From positions 32,001 to 96,000 of IMG/VR virus record IMGVR_UViG_3300028888_000073: a DNA stretch of 64,000 bases. The stretch is one strand, 5' to 3'. The translations under genes were made by a program, and so were the position numbers. Source of the DNA: a virus (lineage: Duplodnaviria; Caudoviricetes). The notes beneath the pieces were generated by a model. It saw only the letters and a program-made list of their open reading frames with translations, was not told where the DNA came from and searched no databases. Shown piece after piece: positions 57,764-64,000 of the stretch; position 1 is the stretch's first letter, and every line of letters begins with the position of its first letter.

Positions 57764-58573
57764 TTAGAAAACGTAATTGACTGCATCATCACGGCTGAGA
57801 AAGAAATGAATTCCTTTTCCGCATTCTACTTGAGGATTATCGTCAAAGTTATATACTTCAATAAATCCAGTATGATACTTGAACAGCGGGTCCCAAAAAC
57901 TGTGTACAATTGTATCGTCTGGAAGTTTTTCACCACCAAGCGTTTCAAACCCTAACACTTCAACTTTGTCTGCTCTGCACTTGTTGTTTGCACAGAATCG
58001 CTTTGCATCTTCCGGAATACGTAGCTTAATGATAACAGCTTCATCAACCGAGTCTGCCTTTTTCCATGCAATGAATGAACCATCTGACGGAACATGACGC
58101 GGAAAGATAATATTAGAATTAATAGCAGAACATTTATCCATTTCACACGAATAGAACTGAGTGTATCTTCCGTCTACATCGTCAAACACAGTGAAAGAGA
58201 GGTCTGAGCACATAAAGTTTACATCAGACATAGAACATTTAATAATAGCAGAACCACTAATGTCACATAAATTAAAGTCTGTTCCGACAAATTTACAACC
58301 TATAAAAGACTTGATCTTCAGTTTACAGCAGTTAAAACTGCAATAACGCAATGTGCAATTTGTAAGATTAAATAAGCTATAATCAACATAGATAAATTTA
58401 ACACTTATAAAATTGATACCGTTGAGTGGACGTTCAAATCTACAATGAATAAATACTTGATTTGAAATCTCTTCAGGAAATGTGATGCCTTTACCGATAA
58501 TATATCCGTCAAAGTTTTTATCCGGATCATTAAGTATAGAATTGAATACCTCTTGCGTAATCTTTTCAAGCAT
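57764..58573 (-). CDS. Pentapeptide-repeat + DUF5758-like protein
   Basis: Same architecture as 47806; CGKGIHFF. Confidence 0.85.
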   Translation of the reverse strand: MLEKITQEVFNSILNDPDKNFDGYIIGKGITFPEEISNQVFIHCRFERPLNGINFISVKFIYVDYSLFNLTNCTLRYCSFNCCKLKIKSFIGCKFVGTDFNLCDISGSAIIKCSMSDVNFMCSDLSFTVFDDVDGRYTQFYSCEMDKCSAINSNIIFPRHVPSDGSFIAWKKADSVDEAVIIKLRIPEDAKRFCANNKCRADKVEVLGFETLGGEKLPDDTIVHSFWDPLFKYHTGFIEVYNFDDNPQVECGKGIHFFLSRDDAVNYVF

Positions 58574-58587
58574 ATATGTATCCTCCC

Positions 58588-59427
58588 TCACGTAAACTTA
58601 TAATTAATAGCGTCTGTTTTATTTAGAAAGAAGTGAATACCCTCACCGCATACTATAGTTGGTTTATCACAAAACGAGTCAGACTTAACAACTCCGATTT
58701 TATAATGAAAATCTTTATCATACCAACTACGAACATCAGTATCGTCCGGAAGTTTCTCACCAGACAGTGTTTCAAATCCCAAAACCTCTACTCTGTCCGC
58801 ACGGCATTTATTAGTAATACCGACACGCTGTGCATCTTCTGGAATACGCAACTTAACAATTACATTTGGTGTATAATATCCGTCATAATTGTAATTAACT
58901 GCCTTTTTCCAAGCGATGAACGATCCTTCAGCCGGAACAGTTTGTGGAATGTCAATATTTGAATCAAAGATAGTACATCTACTCAGATCACAATAATCAA
59001 ATAATAAACCATTAGATGTCATGTCATCAATTTTTATACCTCTAAGATCACTACATCTAATACGCAAATTATTAATGTCACATTTAATAAATTCTGAGTC
59101 AGTGAATGAACAAAAATAAAAATGTGAATTAATAAACGAGCAATTGTGAAACGACCCTGACTGTGTGTCACAGTGCGTGAACTCTGTTTCATAAAACTTA
59201 CAACTGCTGAAAATTGTTTTGTTCTTAATATAAAGAGTGTTATATGCTAGCCATTCAACTTTGTCAAAATAACAAAAACGGAATTCGACATTTTCTATTG
59301 ATGTTTCAAATAAACAGTTTGAAAATTTAACGTCAACAAGTTTCTTTGGAAACGATAATTCATTTCCGATAATACAATTCTCTATAATTTCAGCATTATC
59401 CAGTTCACTCTGAGTGAGTCTACGCAT
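58588..59427 (-). CDS. Pentapeptide-repeat + DUF5758-like protein
   Basis: Same architecture; CGEGIHFF. Confidence 0.85.
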   Translation of the reverse strand: MRRLTQSELDNAEIIENCIIGNELSFPKKLVDVKFSNCLFETSIENVEFRFCYFDKVEWLAYNTLYIKNKTIFSSCKFYETEFTHCDTQSGSFHNCSFINSHFYFCSFTDSEFIKCDINNLRIRCSDLRGIKIDDMTSNGLLFDYCDLSRCTIFDSNIDIPQTVPAEGSFIAWKKAVNYNYDGYYTPNVIVKLRIPEDAQRVGITNKCRADRVEVLGFETLSGEKLPDDTDVRSWYDKDFHYKIGVVKSDSFCDKPTIVCGEGIHFFLNKTDAINYKFT

Positions 59428-59448
59428 CGTTTATCATCCAATCATTTC

Positions 59449-60213
59449 TTAAAATACATAATTTACGGCATCATCCCGATTAAGGAAGAAATGAATTCCT
59501 TCACTGCACTCACACTGCGGATCATGGTCATATTCACCACTATCAATCATTCCAGTATGATACACAAATTCTGAATTGAAGAAACTGTGTACATAGATAT
59601 TATCGGGAAGTTTTTCACCATCTAAAGTCTCATACTGAATAACTTCAACCTTATCAGCACGGCATTTGTGATTTGCACCGCATCGTTCAGCATCGTCCGG
59701 GATTCTGAGTTTTACGATTACCTCATGATCTCCATCATGTTTAAGCATGAGTGCTTTCTTCCACGCAATAAATGAGCCTTCTGATGGAACATGTTGTGGA
59801 AATACAATGTTAGAATTTGTTTTTTCACAATTATCCATATCACAGCTTAGGAAAGTTACTCTATGTGCATTAGCATTATTGAAACTAGCCCATCGAACAT
59901 CGGAACACCAGAAACCAGTATCTGAGATATTACAATTACTGAATATTGCAGAACCAAGTTGGCAAAATGAAAATTTCGTATGACCGAAAGTACATCCACT
60001 AAAATCACGATTATAAAATTCACAATTCTTAAAACGAACCAATAAAAACTCAATATTGGTAACTGCTGTATCAAACTTACAATGATCAAATACAATACGT
60101 TTAATTTGTTTTGGAAGTACAATATCATCACCAATAACACAATCGTATAGTACATTTCTAATTCTGTTATTGGTGCATACTTCATCAAATTCTTCCTGAG
60201 TAATTTTTCTCAT
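59449..60213 (-). CDS. Pentapeptide-repeat + DUF5758-like protein
   Basis: Same architecture; CSEGIHFF. Confidence 0.85.
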   Translation of the reverse strand: MRKITQEEFDEVCTNNRIRNVLYDCVIGDDIVLPKQIKRIVFDHCKFDTAVTNIEFLLVRFKNCEFYNRDFSGCTFGHTKFSFCQLGSAIFSNCNISDTGFWCSDVRWASFNNANAHRVTFLSCDMDNCEKTNSNIVFPQHVPSEGSFIAWKKALMLKHDGDHEVIVKLRIPDDAERCGANHKCRADKVEVIQYETLDGEKLPDNIYVHSFFNSEFVYHTGMIDSGEYDHDPQCECSEGIHFFLNRDDAVNYVF

Positions 60214-60261
60214 TACTGATCATCCTTTCATTCATAATAACTGCGGTTACTCTACAAACAT

Positions 60262-60290
60262 AGTATAACATATTCTGAGAATAAAGTCAA
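60262..60290 (-). promoter_or_regulatory. sigma-A-type promoter
   Basis: TTGACT-17-TATACT. Confidence 0.8.
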
Positions 60291-60363
60291 GCACTTCTTG
60301 TAATTGTTTGTAGAGAACCACGCCAAAAATTTTATGTTGTTTTTGTATATAATGCATACACAA

Positions 60364-61014
60364 TTATTTGTCAAGTCTTCCGTCATGTCCGACAATTGAT
60401 ACCGGAAGATCAGTACCATCTTTATCAAATCGGAGAATAGTGACATCGTTAAACTTAGTCTCATGGTATGCAGATGTTGATACCGTATACAGCATATCAG
60501 AAGTGACGAACATCTTATTTTCAAAAGTTTCAATACAGAGATATTTTACATCGTTTCCTGCTACATCTTTAGTAATGAAGATATCTCCTGCTCGAACTTG
60601 TGAAAGTGTTGTATGACCAATTTCATTAGCCGCGAGATAATCACTAAGACATTTCGGAATACGTGAATTCTTGCCAGAAACATACTTATAGAATGCAATC
60701 GCAATACCAAAATACGGAATGAACTCCTTATCAGTTTCACGATTGAATCTAGCAATGCCACTCTTGCCGTTCTTTGTATTAGTGACAGTTACAGTCTTAT
60801 TCTTTGCATCAATATATCCGATGAATGTTACATTCTCGTATGTGACGAATTGAATGACAGCACTCTTTTTACAGTTCGTTGCTGAGTTAGCTGTATAGAT
60901 CATACCCAATGACGCGATTGCATTCCCTGTAAAGAATCCAGTCTGTTTCAGAATACGGTCACATGCAGTCTTTGCCAATCCCATATTTTTGTTTTCAAAA
61001 CGCTTTCTAGCCAT
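60364..61014 (-). CDS. Hypothetical protein
   Basis: AGGAG RBS. Confidence 0.7.
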   Translation of the reverse strand: MARKRFENKNMGLAKTACDRILKQTGFFTGNAIASLGMIYTANSATNCKKSAVIQFVTYENVTFIGYIDAKNKTVTVTNTKNGKSGIARFNRETDKEFIPYFGIAIAFYKYVSGKNSRIPKCLSDYLAANEIGHTTLSQVRAGDIFITKDVAGNDVKYLCIETFENKMFVTSDMLYTVSTSAYHETKFNDVTILRFDKDGTDLPVSIVGHDGRLDK

Positions 61015-61034
61015 TTGTAAAACTCCTTTACATA

Positions 61035-61343
61035 TTATCTTTCATGTGCTTCAATGCATCCTTTTTTAATGATTGATGAAACCATCCAATCATAGCCGCA
61101 GAAACCTTTTGATGCTTTACGGCATTTGTTTGCAGTGTTTGAATCTACCTTGCGTACTGAAACACATGCAGTCCAACCATCATTCCACCTATAGAAAAAG
61201 TTCTCTGTTTCCAGAATCTCTTTGAGCATCTGTTTATCTTTGATAGTGCTGTTAGGTCTTACAATATAATGTTTAACATCTTCTTGTGACCATGCATTGT
61301 TCCATGATCCTCTGTTTGGCATTGTTAGTTCAAATACAAGCAT
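61035..61343 (-). CDS. Conserved-looking phage hypothetical protein (MPNRGSWN...GFCGYDWM)
   Basis: GAGGTG RBS. Confidence 0.7.
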   Translation of the reverse strand: MLVFELTMPNRGSWNNAWSQEDVKHYIVRPNSTIKDKQMLKEILETENFFYRWNDGWTACVSVRKVDSNTANKCRKASKGFCGYDWMVSSIIKKGCIEAHER

Positions 61344-61405
61344 TTATATATTACACCTCTTTCTCGAAATCAATATATGCAATGTAAAATAGTTTTAATT
61401 TATAC

Positions 61406-61723
61406 TTAATACCACACGCGCCCAATCTCTTTGATATACTCGTGACCATTTACTGTGTTCATAATATTATATCTTATATCGTCAGGAATTTCAATAACTT
61501 TTAGATTTGATAATTCTCCACTACACCACTTTGACCCATATCTCTCAATAAGGTCGATCAGTTCTGGGCTTGTTCGGAAATATTCTTCCGTCCTGCCGTC
61601 ATCCCAATAATAATCACGATTACCTTTTACAGTATCAGTGTCACATATAATAGCACCTAGTTCCCTTGCACATTGAATAGAAAACTCAAATGCATTTGAC
61701 TTTGAATCAATAACTACTTTCAT
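61406..61723 (-). CDS. Conserved-looking phage hypothetical protein (R..PEL...LKVIEIP)
   Basis: GGAGG RBS. Confidence 0.7.
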   Translation of the reverse strand: MKVVIDSKSNAFEFSIQCARELGAIICDTDTVKGNRDYYWDDGRTEEYFRTSPELIDLIERYGSKWCSGELSNLKVIEIPDDIRYNIMNTVNGHEYIKEIGRVWY

Positions 61724-61782
61724 TTTATATATCCTCCAGTATAGTCTAAATGCAAATACACATCTTGTGAGACACCGGAAAC

Positions 61783-62982
61783 TTATGCAGTTTCCAGTGC
61801 CTTTACCTTTACTCTAGTAAGTTCAGTCTGCTTAACTCCGTTAAATTCAGTGTGTCCCTTAATTGTGCCAGTGATCTCAAACCTGTCAGTGACATAATCG
61901 CTAGTGTAAAAGTTACCAGATGTCTTCCAAGTGAAGATGTTTCCGTCAGCATCAGTAAACTTATACATTCTAACAAATGCGCCGTAGTCATTAGTCCAAG
62001 ATGTAATCAGTTCACATACAGCATTTACTGTGATCTTCTGTCCGACAGTTCCTACGAACTTTGTCTTTTCAGCTTCTTCATTTTTCTTGTTGTCAGCGTC
62101 AATGCGTTCATTGATCTTCTTATAGAGAACATAAGCATAAGCAACGATTCCATCAGCATAGGTAATTACCTGTGCGCCTTCAAGTCTCAGCTTTGTGTTC
62201 CATACGAAGTTGTCAACATACTTGTCATCCAGTTCCTTGAAGAACTTGATTACTGTCTTAGCAGTCTCAATGTACTTATCTTCAATAGGAGCGTTTTTGC
62301 GATAACCATTGTCAGCAACTTCCTTTGTCGGGTTCTTTCCGTCAGCCTTTGCATATCCATAAGTCTCAATAGCCTTAATGCAGTATGCCAGATACTTTTC
62401 AACGTCATAGCAAGCAGTGTACTTACCGAAATCAGCTTCCATGATGAACGGTTCTTTGTTGTCAATCAGAATGTCATAAACATCCTTGTATCCGGCAATC
62501 GTGGTTGCCAGTTCATATCCGATATAATCTTTCAGGCAAGTAGTTCCTACCATCTTTTCTTCACCAGTGACATTATCCGTAAGGACAACACACTTTGCTC
62601 TGCGATGCTTAGTTCCGCAGTGGTCACACCGCAGGTCAGCATGACGATACTTAGCAAGGAGTTCTTCATCAATCTTGTCACAGAACGGATAAACGCTGTT
62701 GACAGGTTCACCCTTTTCATTGGTAGCCGCTTTGAGAACAGCGGTCAGACGGAAGTCGCCAACCTTGTAGTCATCAAAGTCAATGTCATACTCTACACAT
62801 TCAACTCTCTCAGTTCCGATCTTGACCTGACACTTGTTAATCTCATCAACGCCGTACACGTTGACTTCCTGAACGAACTCACGAACAACTTCAAATTTCT
62901 TATTACCAGTGATCTTCTTGAACAGTCTCTTGATCTTCTTTTCCAGTTCTTCAAACTTGACCTTCGTTGTTGTGTATCTCAT
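61783..62982 (-). CDS. Early protein with Zn finger and C-terminal OB-fold-like domain
   Basis: CDHCGTKHRR...VGTTCL; FVGTVGQK...TIKGHTEFNGVKQTELTR; biased codon usage. Confidence 0.75.
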   Translation of the reverse strand: MRYTTTKVKFEELEKKIKRLFKKITGNKKFEVVREFVQEVNVYGVDEINKCQVKIGTERVECVEYDIDFDDYKVGDFRLTAVLKAATNEKGEPVNSVYPFCDKIDEELLAKYRHADLRCDHCGTKHRRAKCVVLTDNVTGEEKMVGTTCLKDYIGYELATTIAGYKDVYDILIDNKEPFIMEADFGKYTACYDVEKYLAYCIKAIETYGYAKADGKNPTKEVADNGYRKNAPIEDKYIETAKTVIKFFKELDDKYVDNFVWNTKLRLEGAQVITYADGIVAYAYVLYKKINERIDADNKKNEEAEKTKFVGTVGQKITVNAVCELITSWTNDYGAFVRMYKFTDADGNIFTWKTSGNFYTSDYVTDRFEITGTIKGHTEFNGVKQTELTRVKVKALETA

Positions 62983-63027
62983 ATTGTACCTCACTTTCGT
63001 ACATACCATACTCTCCCTTACAAATAT

Positions 63028-63056
63028 AGTATAGCATATTTTGAGGAAAATGTCAA
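63028..63056 (-). promoter_or_regulatory. sigma-A-type promoter
   Basis: TTGACA-17-TATACT. Confidence 0.85.
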
Positions 63057-63081
63057 GTAGTTTCTGGAAAATTGTTTAGAA

Positions 63082-63121
63082 AAAGTTGCACAAACTATGC
63101 AGTGATAATCTGTGCAACTTT
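63082..63121. terminator. Stem-loop upstream of promoter
   Basis: aaagttgcaca...tgtgcaacttt. Confidence 0.6.
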
Positions 63122-63131
63122 GTGTACTGTA

Positions 63132-63674
63132 TTACTTAACCTTTTCAATGATTTTTGTTCTCAACATAAACCGGAATACATCCTTACGAATTGTTTCAGT
63201 CTTATTAATGTCTTTTTCGGAGATATAATAACCGTAAATAAGTTCAGTGAGTGGATTTTTAACACTGTACGGTTTAACTTTAACGTAATTTTCGGATACC
63301 TCAATAATCTCAAGTGAGATGTAGTTATAGTCACCGCATTTATACAGATCACCGACTTTGAATTCTTCCTCATTGTAAGATTTACTGTATTTAGTGTCAG
63401 ATGTATCTTTCGGTGTTTCAGGTGTTTTGGTTGTTTCCGGCTCACGCACACTCTCTGAATACTCAGGTTTACTGTCACCGATAAATCTTCGATACTCATT
63501 CATATCAGTGCTTGCAAGGTCAGACAGAAAGTGTGAAGCAATCTCTGATCTAACTTCTCTAGGAATTCCGTTATATGTTGTCATGATTTCATCATAGGTT
63601 GCTTCCTTAAAGAATTCAATAACAATCTCCGGTGTAACTTCCATCTTAATATTCATGTTCTTCTCAATAATCAT
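63132..63674 (-). CDS. Hypothetical protein
   Basis: GGAGG RBS. Confidence 0.65.
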   Translation of the reverse strand: MIIEKNMNIKMEVTPEIVIEFFKEATYDEIMTTYNGIPREVRSEIASHFLSDLASTDMNEYRRFIGDSKPEYSESVREPETTKTPETPKDTSDTKYSKSYNEEEFKVGDLYKCGDYNYISLEIIEVSENYVKVKPYSVKNPLTELIYGYYISEKDINKTETIRKDVFRFMLRTKIIEKVK

Positions 63675-63927
63675 ATTCGCGTTCCTCCGAATTATCTGAA
63701 ATATTATATAATTTATCAAACAGGCTTTGATCAATCATGAAATCATCACTATCAACATTTTTCATATCAGGAGCATCTTCATCATGAATGTTCAAGCATT
63801 GTCTGTATAGACTAAGTTCTAATAGCCACATAAGTAACTGTTCGTGATCATTCCGGCATTCCTCACATCCAAAGTTATCTTTGGCAAGTAGTTCCTTTAG
63901 ATGATCAATGCCATCTTGAAGTTTCAA
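63664..63927 (-). CDS. Hypothetical protein (C...HEQL..WL.EL motif)
   Basis: GAGGTG RBS, TTG start. Confidence 0.6.
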   Translation of the reverse strand: MKLQDGIDHLKELLAKDNFGCEECRNDHEQLLMWLLELSLYRQCLNIHDEDAPDMKNVDSDDFMIDQSLFDKLYNISDNSEEREYDY

Positions 63928-64000
63928 AATAAACCACCTCAATCATTCAAATATAACGAAGCCATAAACATACATGAAGCCGCACACACTGCATTGAATC

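Noticed and set aside
61852-63060. 402-aa plus-strand ORF
   Set aside because: It is the antisense shadow of the codon-biased minus-strand gene, with no RBS or promoter and an implausible composition.
1-64000. CRISPR array, tRNA/rRNA genes, DGR reverse transcriptase or template repeat, integrase
   Set aside because: No regularly spaced repeats, cloverleaf-like GC-rich segments, RT motifs or second copy of the VR were seen by eye.
1-64000. Full genome-wide TAG-to-Gln recoding
   Set aside because: Long structural and lysis genes are intact under the standard code; only the weaker amber-avoidance observation is retained.

Overview
This is an AT-rich, densely coding segment of a large tailed phage genome, with almost all genes on the minus strand. 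The host is most likely a cellulosome-producing Firmicute such as Ruminococcus; this is inferred from two dockerin-like genes, a BspA-type LRR fragment, Gram-positive lysis genes and near-consensus sigma-A promoters. Recognisable functions are an NAD-dependent DNA ligase, a Thg1-like guanylyltransferase, a ClpP-like protease, an RlaP/YcgL-like nucleotidyltransferase, a metallophosphoesterase, a GH25-CHAP-PG-binding endolysin, holin-like proteins, tail/receptor-binding proteins, four pentapeptide-repeat paralogues, GNAT, ART-like, SprT-like and Dps-like proteins, and a PemK/MazF fusion. Highlights: (1) a radical SAM gene fractured into two ORFs by a naturally split intein inserted inside the CxxxCxxC motif, with a free-standing HNH endonuclease between the halves; (2) about 17 unrelated proteins sharing a short N-terminal hydrophobic-x-Glu tag resembling T4-type head-packaging/prohead-protease signals, a possible virion-delivered effector set; (3) phage-encoded dockerins; (4) a tail protein ending in a DGR-type variable region and hairpin, with no RT or template repeat in the window; (5) 15 near-identical sigma-A promoters, often preceded by stem-loops, plus a candidate second promoter motif; (6) a non-coding palindrome array; and (7) near-absence of TAG stops, with one in-frame TAG. 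All family assignments come from motif recognition by eye, with no database searches. Many start codons were adjusted to the nearest RBS.
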